This document shows, piece after piece, positions 52,325 to 63,888 of a DNA stretch of 64,000 nucleotides. The notes beneath the pieces are model-generated. The model had not been told where the DNA came from. It searched no databases and saw only the letters and a list, made by a program, of their open reading frames with translations. Where the stretch lies: NCBI RefSeq assembly GCF_006345805.1, contig NC_043004.1, forward strand, positions 33,666,001 to 33,730,000, given 5' to 3'. Numbering within the stretch: position 1 is the first letter of the stretch; every line of letters begins with the position of its first letter. The position numbers and the translations under genes are program-made. The stretch is from Octopus sinensis (Eukaryota).

Positions 52325-55311
52325 GAAAAAACAAGTAAAAAATAGAAAATGCTAAAATAATTTTATAGTGAACCTTTCAGTACCGGTTTCGGTCATTTTG
52401 AGACCTTTTCAACTGTAACGATTAAATAATTAAATTTAGAAAAATAGAAGAAAAGTTTTTTTAAAAGAATATTTCTATAGTAGTGTTCAGATTTAAGTGG
52501 CATTCTGCCTTTCTCTGACTCCCTTGTTTGCACTTGTGTGTTCGAGGTAGTTGTGAGTTTTGGTAGGGTAGTAGAGGAAGGCTGGTGAGGAAAGGGGGGT
52601 GGGAGAATCTGGGAGTGCCCTGATGGTCGTATTTTGAATGGTCAGTGGCGGCTGGCAGTCTCAGTTCAATTCAGGAGAATATTTATATTGACAAGCTTGT
52701 TTATAGAATTAGCGTAGGTGTTATACTAAAAAACATTAGTGACAAACTTAAGGGGTAGGGGGTGGAGAAGAAGAAGAAGAAGAAGAAGAAGAAGAAGGAG
52801 AAGGAGAAGGAGAAGATGACGATGATGGTGATGGTGGTGATGATTATGACGACGATGATGATGATAACGATGATGATGAAGAAGAAGAAGAAGAAGAAGA
52901 AGGAGGAGAAGGAGAAGATGGTGGTGATGATGGTGACGATGATGATGATGCCGATGATGATGATAACGATGATGAAGAAGAAGAGGAAGAAGAAGAAGAA
53001 GAAAAAAACAGAGAAGGGAGAATATGAATGGGTGTAAATATAGCTATGAAGGGGCTGATTAGTAATGGATTCTATGGAGTGTAGTATTTGTGTGTGTATA
53101 TATATTTTTTTTTTTTTTTTTTTTCTTTTATTCTAAAGTTGAGGTATATTAATTGTTTGTTAAGAAGTGGCTTGTATTTTGTAATAAAGAGATTTTCTTT
53201 ACTTATATCGTCCCTAAATTGGTAGAGGGGGAAAATTCTGAAGTTTGGTGTTTTTTTGTTGGCGCAAGTATCTATGTGTTGGCTAAAAGCTATTTTTCTG
53301 TTTTGGGGAATTTTTATCTGGGATCTGTGCAGGGCCATTCGTTTACGCAAACCATTTTTTGTTTGGCCTATGTACTGCTCTTGACACCTGGAGCAGGTTA
53401 GTGAGTATATTAGGTTCTCCGAAGCACATGTGAAGTTGCTTTTCACTGTAAAACGTTGTCCCTGTTTGAAGGAGAACTCGGAACCCTCGATTAGATAGTC
53501 GCATATCCCGCAATTGGGTCTTCCACATTTTTTTACTGTCGGCTTCTGTGTTGAAGAGTGAATTCGGGCTTGTGTAAGGAGACTTTTCATGGATCTAGGC
53601 TGTCTTTTGCTTTTTATGATCGTGTGTGTTTGGAGGATTGTGTTCATTCTGTGGTCTTTTTTTAGGAGGGGTATGTTGTGGAGGATGGTGTCGAAGGCTT
53701 CGTTATTGAGAGGGTTGTGTGTGGAGATGTATGGTAAGGCTTTTGTTGTAGGTTTTTCTTTGATTTGGGATGTCTCAGTTCCTTGATGTTAAGTTGAAGG
53801 GCACGTTGAATGCATTTGTCAATAAGTGAAGGTGGATAGTTCCTGGTGATTAGGGTATCTTTTAGTTCTTGTAGTCGTGTGTCTCTGTGTTTGCGTTAGA
53901 GACTATAGTGCATATCCTTTTTGCTAGATTGAAGGGGATATTCATCCTGGTGTGTCTGGGGTGGCATGAATTGAATGGAAGATATTGCTTAGAGTCTGTA
54001 GGCTTATAGTATATGTCTGTTTCTATTATATTATTAGCTTTCTTAATGAGGATATCGAGGAAGGGGAGTTGTTGTTGGCTATATTCCATCATGAATTGGA
54101 TGTTTACGTCCAGTCCGTTTAAAATTTTCTGGAATTCTATGAGTTTTTCTATATTTTTATGCCAAAGGATGAAACAGTCATCTAGATATCTCTTCCAGTT
54201 GTTTTCTATGTAGATGGAGAAAGGGCTGCCATATCTTTCTAGAACCTTATGATACAGACTGATCTCTAGGTATCCTATGACTAGGTTGGCAAAGGAGGGG
54301 GCCATTCGTGTACCCATCGCAGTCCCCGATTTTTGTCGGTAGAAGTTGTCATTGAAGGCGAAGAAGTTATTTTCCAGGATGAATTTAACCCCTTCTATCA
54401 CAAATTCTTTTTTGATGCGGTGTGGTAGTTCGTTGGCGTGATTCTCTAGCCAGAATTGGATTGCCTCTAGTCCTAGGTTGTGGGGGATATTGGAGTAGAG
54501 GTTGACTACATCGAAGGATACCAGTATGGTGTTTTTGTTTATAGTATTCGGTAGGTGATTGAGCATATCTAAGTCGTCCCTTACATAGCTTTTGACATGT
54601 TTGAGGAGTGGTTTTAACAGGGTGTCTAAAAAGTTACTGAGGCGGTGGGTTTCGCATGCGGGACCTGCTATTATAGGTCTCAATTTGAGGTCATTAGGAT
54701 TAGGGACTTTAATTATTTTGTCTGTAGCTATCTTGCATGCGTTGCTTATTTTTTCACTTTGTGGATCTTAGGTATACCGTAGAATTGGCTAGTTTTACTT
54801 GTGAAATTGGTCATATAATCATATTCTTTGTCGGTTAGCCCTGCTTTGTATGGGTTTAATATGGATTTTAGTTCCCTCATTATTTTTTGTTGACTGTAGT
54901 TTTGTGCCTTTTCATAGTATGTTGTGTCTTCCAGCATAGAAAGTACCAAAGTTATGTAAAATGTCGTATCCATTAAGACAACAGCACTCCCTTTATCGGC
55001 CTCTTTGATTGTTATTGTTTTATCTAGTTTTAATTTGTTCAACTCAGCCCATTCTTTTTTGCTTAAGTTTGGTTTGTGTTTTTGTTTGTGCATATGTTGA
55101 TATGGGTAATTTGATATGTGGTCACAGAAATCATCAAGTGTTTTATTCTTACTTTTCGAGGGGGTGTAGTTACTCCTATTTCTGGCTAACGATTCGTCCT
55201 CGTTGTATTTATCGTATAGCTCCTCAGTAAGTCTTAATTTTCTGCAGAATTCTGCGATGTCTTCTTTCATTTCATTGTAGTTGGGGTGTAGTGGGGTGGG
55301 TGTAAACTTGA

Positions 55312-55312
<1 letters not shown>
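52325..55312 (-). mobile_element. Penelope-like element (RT + GIY-YIG), 5'-truncated, flanked by TA-rich repeats
   Basis: ORF remains at 53072-55270. An A/C-rich downstream region carries a hammerhead-like motif at 52378-52415. Linkage of 52325-52760 to the ORF across a microsatellite is inferred. Confidence 0.85.
53072..55270 (-). pseudogene. Penelope RT-GIY-YIG ORF, two frameshifts
   Basis: ADKG, YGIPKIHK, RPII, SFDVVNLYSNIPH, GTAMG..MAP..ANL, RYLDD, LPFLD, SCHP, and CGRPNCGIC...NLIY.LTC..C.EQYIGQT...RM..HR. Single-base shifts at about 54765 (A run) and about 53890 restore one ORF. Confidence 0.9.
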
Positions 55313-55347
<35 letters not shown>

Positions 55348-55350
<3 letters not shown>

Positions 55351-55894
55351 ACAAAGACTAAAGTTCTAGTAAGTAGGAAGGCAAACACAAATGTCTTCTG
55401 GTAGATGGCCCTGCTCGATCTGTAGAAAAGGTGTAGGTAGAAACTCCATAAGATGTATCCAGTGTAAGCTATGGACACATAAGAGGTGCAGCAACATCAA
55501 AGGAAGGTTAACCGGGAAGATTGCTTTTGTGTGTGGCAGACACACTGGGACAATAAACACCACAGATGCTCAGAAAATAGATTCCATCACATGCCAGTGG
55601 GAGAAACTAGAAGTAGTTGATAACTTCCGTTACCTAGGTGACCAAGTCTGCAGTGGGGTGGATACTCAGAGAGTGTTACCAATAGAATAAGAATAACCTG
55701 GACAAAGTTCAGAAAGCTTCTAACCCTACAGGTAACAAAGGGTCTATCGCTCAGAGTGAAAGGTAGATTGTACGATGCATGTGTATGAACTGCTGTGCTT
55801 CATGGCAGTGAAACATGGGCCGTGACTGCTGAAGACATGTGTAAGCCTGAAAGAAATGAAGCCAGCATGATCCGCTGGATGTGTAATGTCAGTG
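55348..55894 (+). pseudogene. RTE-X-type RT C-terminal fragment with Cys/His-rich (PHD-like) insert
   Basis: KTKVL...WPCSICRKGVGRNSIRCIQCKLWTHKRCS...FVCG...VVDNFRYLGD...LHGSETW. Confidence 0.8.
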
Positions 55895-56227
55895 GAATAG
55901 CAGCTTATGTACTCAGTCAGGTTAAGTGGTCTGCATACATCACCCAAATATCATTCTACCAAGGTTGGTATTCACATAAATAAGAAAATTGCTCTGTGTG
56001 CAGTTCATTCTGACCTAACTAGGTGCCTTAAATATAACTACATTATTCAACTGAGTCTTGTTTATATGATATATATATAATGAAAAAGGAGAAAAATACA
56101 TCAACACATTATTTATTATTACTGTCGATTATGCAGTGTATTTAATTTCATTCTGTCCTAAACATGCTTCTGCCACATGGATGATATCTTACAATGTGGC
56201 CTTCATTTGCATCCAGTTCATCTGGTT

Positions 56228-56361
56228 AAAGATGAGTCTATGCAGCTTTATTCAAAGATGGGTCTATGCAGCTTTATTCAAAGATGAGTCTATGCAGCTT
56301 TATTCAAAGCTGAGTCTATGCAGCTTTATTCAAAGCTGAGTCTATGCAGCTTTATTCAAAG
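56228..56361. repeat. 26-bp minisatellite x5 (aaagatgagtctatgcagctttattc)
   Basis: Five contiguous units plus aaag; single-base variants in units 2 and 4-5. Confidence 0.95.
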
Positions 56362-56839
56362 TGATGCACACTATTGTAGTTTGAACTTAAAATATGTCGG
56401 TTCAAGTGGTATCATATTTGGTAGGGAACAGTACTGTTTGAGTGCAAAGAATTAAAGAACAATATTTAGAATCCTGATACAGCTATAAAAAGGGTTATCA
56501 GGATGACCCTAAGGTTTGAAATTCAAATCATGAATACCAGACCCTAAATTGGGTCACAGTAAATTTTGTCCACTAGCCTTAATGGAAGTAAAAAGGAAAA
56601 TATTACAGAGACAGCTGTGTACAATTAAGGGTCACAAAATGAAATGGAATTTAAGTTTGGAAAACCATCCTCCAAGATATAGAATATAGAACAAAGAATT
56701 ATTTCATATGTGAAGTTTTACATATGAAGAATACTTGGAGAAGGATTACTACAAGAATAGAGACAAACTAGATATTGCACTAATATTTACCATTCTAGCA
56801 CCGCCAATCTTTGTGGTATTTACTTAATCAAAAGTCTTT

Positions 56840-57100
56840 TTTAGGGAAATATTTTGAATGATTTTCTGTGGATCTGTGCACATTTTAGGGCAAATGTTTT
56901 ATTGCTGTTTAATATCTGGTATTTAGATGCGAAAATACGGAATAATTCTTCCAGGCATAAACAGCATTTCTTACTTCCTATTACAAGTATTATAACGACT
57001 TTAAAAATAAACCCTTTAAGAAAATGTATTGTTTTCATAAAAGAATAAATAAATCAAAGACTATGCTGGGGTATAATGTTGTATTCGGTAAGTAAATGGA
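56840..57100 (-). pseudogene. Decayed Penelope-type GIY-YIG C-terminal remnant
   Basis: GSKKCCLCLEE...ILN......KC...HRK, resembling the C..C...E.....LN.....C.H ending of PLE ORFs. Confidence 0.5.
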
Positions 57101-57342
57101 TACTAATACACCCACAAACGATTGTGCTGCTCTGGATGGGTATTTTCCTGAATCAAATAATTACAATTGGTTCTTCAACCAGCACACAACTACTTTGTGC
57201 AAATTATTGCAATACGTAATATTAGGTGCATATCTAAATTTCATAGACTCTAATAAAATAGATAATAAAAATAACGATCATAATGATAACCACTTTAAAC
57301 GTCGAGTTGAACAGGTAAGAAGTCAATCTGGGAGGATTTTAA

Positions 57343-57562
57343 CCCTTTCGTTACTGTATTTATTTTGAGATACTCTGTTTCTTTCAATTACTTTAAATAT
57401 AACAAAGAATTTAGCAAAATAACTTAGTTATCATTTAGCTAGTGTTAGGAACATAAATTCGGACTAAGATTTGGTGGAAGATTTTAATTCAAAACTTATG
57501 AAGACAAGACATTTGTACTCAGAGTACAAGACATTTGTACTTCAGCCAGGTTGGTAACGAAA
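57343..57562. mobile_element. piggyBac-type MITE remnant
   Basis: TTAA followed by ccctttcgttac at the left end; partial inverted end gtaacgaaa at the right. Confidence 0.5.
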
Positions 57563-57759
57563 ACACAGCACTTGCTGACAATGCAAGGGAAATGAATAGA
57601 ATATTGGAGGTGGGCAGTAGAAGGGAGGCAACTGATACAGTACTAAACTTTGGTTAACTAAATGTGATGACCTTTGAAGAGAATAACATACAAACTCAGA
57701 AGTATGACTAAATGTAAACACTGGTAGATCTTTCGATAAAGATATGGAGGAGGTATCTA

Positions 57760-58075
57760 ATTCCAATCCCATTAGCGCAGGTAGAGTTTAAACCAATAAA
57801 AATCTTTGTAGCTGTGGCAAAAATATTTGCCATCTCGATGCACAATGTTTGAGGAACGATATAGTGTAAAGGCTGTTGGATTAATTCTAGCATGCAGAGG
57901 TAGTCAGAACACCTGTTGTGTCTCATTCTGCTGACTTCAGTTCCATAGACTCCAGTGCCGCTGTCCCTGTCATGTCTTACAGCCTTTACAGTGTTCAGGG
58001 AGCATTGGGCAGCAGCAGACATGATGTCATCATTTTGACACTCAACATGAATCATCATGATACAGGTAACTCTTA
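57760..58075 (-). pseudogene. maT-type transposase N-terminal remnant
   Basis: AAQCSLNTVKAVR....G.Y......R.RHNRCSD, parallel to the N-terminus of the maT copy at 10789-11877. Confidence 0.55.
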
Positions 58076-58094
58076 CCCAATATTCAGATGGCTT

Positions 58095-58685
58095 AAGGTG
58101 GCGAGCTAGCAGAATCGTTAGCACGCCGAGTGAAATGCTTAGCAGTATTTAGTCTGCCGTTACGTTGTGAGTTCAAATTCCGCCAAGGTCGACTTTGCCT
58201 TTCATCCTTTCGGGGTTGATAAATTAAGTACCAGTTACGCACTGGGGTCGATGTAATCGACTTAATACCTATGTCTGTCCTTGTTTGTCCCCTCTGTGTT
58301 TAGCCCCTTGTGGGTAATAAAGAAATAGGTATTTAGTCTGCCGCTATGTTCTGAGTTCAAATTCCGCCGAGGTTGACTTTGCCTTTCATCCTTTCGGGGT
58401 CAATTAAATAAGTACCAGTTATGCACTGGGGTCGATATAATCGACTTAATCCATTTGTCGGTCTTTGTTTGTCCTCTCTGTGTTTAGCCCCTTGTGGGTA
58501 GTAAAGAAATAGAAATAGGTATTTCGTCTGCCATTATGTTCTGAGTTCAAATTCCACCAAGCTTGACTTTGCCTTTCATCCTTCCAAGGTTGATAAAATT
58601 AGAACCAGTTAAGTACTGGAGGCCAATGTAGTCAACTTACCTGCTCCCCCAAAGTTGCTGGGCTTGTGCCAAAACTCAAAACTAA
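58095..58685 (+). mobile_element. SINE family B trimer (one full head + two headless units)
   Basis: Units 2 and 3 both start at gtattt(a/c)gtctgcc directly after the aaagaaatag end of the previous unit. Confidence 0.9.
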
Positions 58686-58797
58686 TATTTAGATGGCTTC
58701 CAGTCCTCCATGCCAGCTGCTAACTTTTTCTCAACTGCAAAATTAGTCTTTATGTTCTCCAACACTGTTGACTGTTCACCAATGTATATAGCGGTTC
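58682..58797 (-). CDS. Candidate exon (GTAIYIGEQSTVLENIKTNFAVEKKL...)
   Basis: Strong acceptor gtctccttttttttcag and an open frame. It ends either at a GTTAGC donor (58725) or at a stop (58682). Confidence 0.25.
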
Positions 58798-59009
58798 CTG
58801 AAAAAAAAAGGAGACGTAAAACATATATATGATGCCTCCTTTTTGACCAGTGCTGGTAAGCTGAGGGGCTGTACCAGACACCAGTCTGATTTAGCTGAGC
58901 CTTACGAAGGAGAACAGAGAGGATCAACATATATGGTGCATTGCTGCACTCAAGAATACCTGCCCACCACAATGGAACTGAGATCCTAAAACCAAAGTGT
59001 CATGTAAAT

Positions 59010-59225
59010 TGTAGAGGTAAGGGTACTGGTGCCATGTAAAAAGCACCCAGTACACTCTGCAGAGTGGTTGGTGTTAGGAAGGACATCTAGCCATAGAAAC
59101 GATGCCGAAATGGAATATGGAACCCGGTACAGCCCTTTGTCTTAAATCTCCTATCAGCTGTTCAACCCAGGCCAGCATGGAAAACAGGTGGACATTAATA
59201 ATGATGTAATGATGATGATGACGAT
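59010..59225 (+). mobile_element. RTE-derived 3' UTR fragment with (GAT)n tail
   Basis: aaaagcacccagtacactctg...ttaggaaggacatc...ccagcatggaaaa. Confidence 0.8.
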
Positions 59226-59226
59226 G

Positions 59227-59267
<41 letters not shown>

Positions 59268-59469
59268 AATATATATATATATATATATTGGTATATACAC
59301 ACACACTACACGCATACTATATACATATGTATATACATAAATTAATTATATTAAGGGCTATTACTTTAAGCAAACGCCTCATGCTGTTACCTTTTAGAAA
59401 AGGTAACTTCCATGTTTCATTCCCTTGATAAGTTCTTATATAGATTTTATCTTTATATTTTTTTATTAT

Positions 59470-59890
59470 ACTCTCTTTTTCTTTTACTCTCTTTTATTTG
59501 TTTTCAGTCATTTGACTGCGGCCATGCTGGAGCACCGCCTTTAGTCGAGCAAATCGACCCCGGGACTTATTCTTTGTAAGCCCAGTACTTATTCTATCAG
59601 TCTCTTTTGCCGAACCGCTAAGTGACGGGGACGTAAACACACCAGCATCAGTTGTCAAGCAATGCTTGGGGGACAAACACAGACACACAAACATATACAC
59701 ACACATACATATATATATATATACATATATACGACAGGCATCTTTCAGTTTCTGTCTACCAAATCCACTCACAAGGCATTGGTCGGCCCGAAACTATAGC
59801 AGAAGACACTTGCCCAAGGTGACACGCAGTGGGACTGAACCCGGAACCATGTGGTTGGTAAGCAAGCTACTTACAACACAGCCACTCCTA
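59470..59890 (-). mobile_element. SINE family A, full length
   Basis: Reverse complement of family A. Confidence 0.9.
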
Positions 59891-61384
59891 TATATATATA
59901 TACATACATGCATATATACATCTATAATATTATATATAACTGCTATAATGGAACCCTAATATGGATCCCTAGCTCCAGTTTCAGCTGTGAACTTGGAACC
60001 TGACGGGAGACCCACTATAGCACTTACTCAGCGTACTTATTCATTTAGATCACCAGTGAACTAAACGCCCTCAGATTCCTTACATACATATATGTGTGTG
60101 TTTGTGTGTGTGTGTGTGTGTGTGTATGTGTGTGTATACATATGCATATATGTGTGTGTATGTGTGTATGTGTGTGTGTGTGTGTGTATGCATGTATGAG
60201 TGAATATAACCCCTTGCAGCACAGAAGCTGAATATTAACGATAGTGACAATGATGATGATGATGATGATGACGACGACGACGACGATGATGATGATGATG
60301 ATACCGACGATGATGACGATGATGAAGATATATTTCTGACCCAGTCAATCAACAGAGCATTTGCCCAATAAAGGCAACCAACCTCAGTAAAGAGCATACG
60401 TAGCAGAAACGTAAATCACGTTTAATCAGACATTCCTAAACACCACCAATCTAAGTCAGTGGGTTTGTTACTTCTGCCTCGTATTGTTGCTTCTTCCAAT
60501 ATGAGACGTTGAGCATGTTTGTTACTTAATTCATTTAGATTTTTTCATTAATAAAATATTGATAATATAAAATTGATTATATTTGAATTAAATTTTAAAC
60601 TTGTTCCAAAGAAGGAGAAAAATAACAACAGTAGCTAATTAATTTCTATAATTAATGGCATATTATGGCAGTTTTATGACCTATATTGAAAATGGAATGA
60701 ATGAATCGTGTTTCCAGTAAATGGTGTATTTGTTATATAATATAAATAACAGAAGCAAATATAACAGCTTAATATATACATATCTGTGAGAATGCACTTG
60801 TGCATATTTATGCGTGCGCATGTACACACACGTACACCCCTCATGCACGCATCCTTCCATCCATCCATCCATCCATCCATCCATTCATACATTCATACAT
60901 ACATATAAACATATAGATATATGTATGTATGTATCTGTGTATGTAATTATATATCAATTAATTAAAAAATGAAATTTGCAACAGGTCACGCATGCCTGGG
61001 TTTGATAGGTTTATTCACCAGCCTGTGTGCCAGGTCAAGCAAGAAGTAACTAGATTGGCATCAATTTACCATTCAATAGAAGAAAAAAAAAATTAAGAAA
61101 TTAAGTTGTTTACCAATTCTGTATTTATACAATATTCACAGATATAAATGCATATTTTTACTGCAGCTTCTACGTCTAAAACTATGGATTAAGGTATGTT
61201 AGAATCTAATTAATATTTTTTACTTGTTTTTTTTTCTCCAAAGATTTTACTTTGTTGACTTGTATTAAAGTTTTAGTTTATCTAAGAATTCTAAATATTT
61301 GTTCTATTTGTATAAAATGTCTTCATTATATTTGGTACAAGACAGGAAGTTTGTTTATTGTCATTTATTATTACAAATATATAC

Positions 61385-61572
61385 AAGGCAGCAAGCAGTA
61401 AAAATCATACACTTGCTAGACAAAAGGCATAGAGCCATTATGGTCTGAATTGAAATTCTGCTGAGGTCAACTTTGCTTTCCTCCTTTTGCTGTCATTAAA
61501 ATTAGTACCCACTGAGAACTGGGGGCAAAGTAAGTGGCTGTCCTCTTCCACACAAATTTCAAGTCTTGTGCC
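61385..61572 (+). mobile_element. SINE family B, degenerate
   Basis: ctgctgaggtcaactttgctttcctcc...aaatttcaagtcttgtgcc. Confidence 0.65.
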
Positions 61573-61574
61573 TT

Positions 61575-61945
61575 ACCCATCTAACACCCATGGACATATT
61601 TACAAAGTCAGAAAACAGCACAGCTCCCATGACTTTAGGAAACATTTTTTCACGCTGAGAGTTGCTGAAGCATGGAACAAACTGCCGGCATCAGTTGTTA
61701 ATTGTCGGAGCACTGCATCCTTCAAAACTTCCATGCTTTCTGAGATTCGCCCACACTACACCTGATTTTCTCCCCTCCATACACACAAAAGCATGTATCT
61801 GACTCATGCATTGTTCGCTTTCCAGACATTTGTACATTACTGCATGTGCTTTATATGCACTGTCTGACAAGTTGTGGTGCACCTGAGCACTGTATACAAT
61901 AATTTCATTATTATTATTATTATTATTCTTAATAATATTATTATT
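61575..61945 (+). mobile_element. CR1-clade LINE 3' end with (ATT)n tail
   Basis: NTHGHIYKVRKQ...RKHFFTLRVAEAWNKLPASVV...FK; a different family from 5152-7464. Confidence 0.85.
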
Positions 61946-62159
61946 ATAGATGTAATATGTGTGTGTGTGTTTAAGTGTCTGGGCAACTGTGTATACCTTT
62001 TATCTTTTATGGGTTTCAGCCAGGGGCTGAGGCCATGCTGTAGCATATATATAATATACATGCTTCTTTTTTCTTCTCTTTCTTCATCTCCTTATTCTTT
62101 TACTCCTGTCCTCTATGTCATCATTTCATTAATGTATATCCTTCTGATTTTCCCTATTT

Positions 62160-62215
62160 GTCTCTGATGATGGAGTATCCCATACTCAGGGATATCTCAG
62201 AAACAGCTGTAAGAC
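62160..62215 (+). ncRNA. Minimal type I hammerhead ribozyme, canonical core
   Basis: gtct-CTGATGA-stem II (62171-62199)-GAAA-cagctg-TA-agac; predicted GUA cleavage after 62211. Confidence 0.75.
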
Positions 62216-62459
62216 TTTGGATTTTTCCAATAATAATAATGTATAAGACTTGAGATGTTTGCCTTGCCTTAATGTTTGTTGTCCTCTTTAACAATTCTAT
62301 ATCTGCTATATCTAAATATGCAATGGCTCCATTACTACCATCTTGGCTATAACCTTGGAGCCATAGTAATCCATTACAGCAATTACCTAACGTACCTAAT
62401 CATTTAGATCACCTGCGAACTAAAGCACCATATTTCGTATATTTATATATGTATATATA

Positions 62460-62845
62460 CATATACTCTTTACTCTTTTACTTGTTTCAGTCATTTGACT
62501 GTGGCCATGCTGGAGCACCGCATTTAATCGAGCAACTCGACCCTAGGACTTATTCTTTTGTAAGCCCAGTACTTATTCTATTGGTCTCTTTTGCTGAACC
62601 GCTAAGTAACGGGGACATAACATACCAGCATCGGTTGTCAAGCAATGCTAGGGGGACAAACACACACACACGCATATATATACATATATACGATGGGCTT
62701 CTTTCAGTTTCCGTCTACCAAATCCACTCACAAGGCATTGGTCGGCCCGAGGCTATAGTAGAAGACACTTGCCCAAGGTGCCATGCAGTGGGACTGAACC
62801 CGGAACCAAGTGGTTGGTAAACTAGCTCCTTACCACACAGCCACA
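62460..62845 (-). mobile_element. SINE family A, full length
   Basis: Reverse complement of family A. Confidence 0.9.
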
Positions 62846-63039
62846 TATATACTGCTAACACACAAAACTCTTTGGCCTCCAGTTACTTTGTAACATCTGC
62901 AAATTAAATAAAAAATATATATTTATATATACACATACATATATATCTATATGTGTAATATACATACTTTAGTAGAAAATGAAGTAGGACTGGAATCCAA
63001 ACCATATGTCTGTGAAGCTAATCCATCAACCATGCAGTC

Positions 63040-63615
63040 ACATAGTAACTTATCTGTTTGGCAAAAGAGACCAATAGAATAAGTACTAGGCTTACAAAGA
63101 ATAAGTCCTGGGGTCAATTTGTTCGACTAAAGGTGGTGCTGCAGCATGGCCACAGTCAAATGACTGAAACAAATAAAAAACTAAAAGAATATATATATAC
63201 ATATATATAGGTGTAGGCATGGCTGTGTTGTAAGAAGCTTGCTTCTCAACCTCATGGTTCTGGGTTCAGCCCCACTGCGTGGCATCCATTATAGCTCAGG
63301 CCAACCAAAGCCTTGCGAGTGGATTTGGTAGGCAGAAACTGAAAGGAGCCCATCATATATATATATATGCATGCATGTATGTATGTATGTATGTATGTAC
63401 ATATATGTTTGTGTGCCTGTGTTTGTTCCCCCACTGCTGCTTGACAACCGATGTTGGTGTATTTACGCCCCTGTAACTTAGCGGTTCAGTAAAAGAGAAC
63501 AAAAGAATAAGTACCAGGCTTACAAAGAATAAATCCAGGATTTGATTTGCTTGACTAAAGGAAGTGCTCCAGAATGGCTGCAGTTAAATGACCGAAACAA
63601 GTAAAAGAATAAAAG
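63040..63615 (+). mobile_element. SINE family A: 3' part (63040-63190) followed by a full copy (63210-63615)
   Basis: Matches family A. Confidence 0.85.
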
Positions 63616-63639
63616 AATATATATATATATATATCTATT

Positions 63640-63888
63640 GAGGGTTGGCCAAAAGTTAGCCGACAGTAAATCAAAATTCCATAAATACTTAATATTGAAT
63701 TTTATTTATTCATTCCAATTATAAATGTTTAATAATTGAATGCTATGAGTTAAAATCATGGTATTTTTTTTTGAAACATTTGTCTATTCATTAGCGAAGT
63801 CTCATATAAAATAATTTTAAAATTTTTTGTTTTAATCTTGGAATTAACGAGTTTTGATTTACTGTCAGGTGAATTTTGGCTAACCCTG
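63640..63888. mobile_element. Tc1/mariner-type MITE with ~40-bp TIRs
   Basis: agggttggccaaaagttagccgacagtaaatcaaaa versus the reverse complement of ttttgatttactgtcaggtgaattttggctaaccctg; TA at the right end. Confidence 0.75.

Noticed and set aside
56228-56361. CRISPR-like repeat array
   Set aside because: Units are contiguous with no spacers, there are no cas genes, and the context is eukaryotic.
59950-60075. Short similarity with 62380-62430 (cgtac.ta.tcatttagatcacc.g.gaactaaa)
   Set aside because: Probably fragments of another dispersed repeat; too short to classify.
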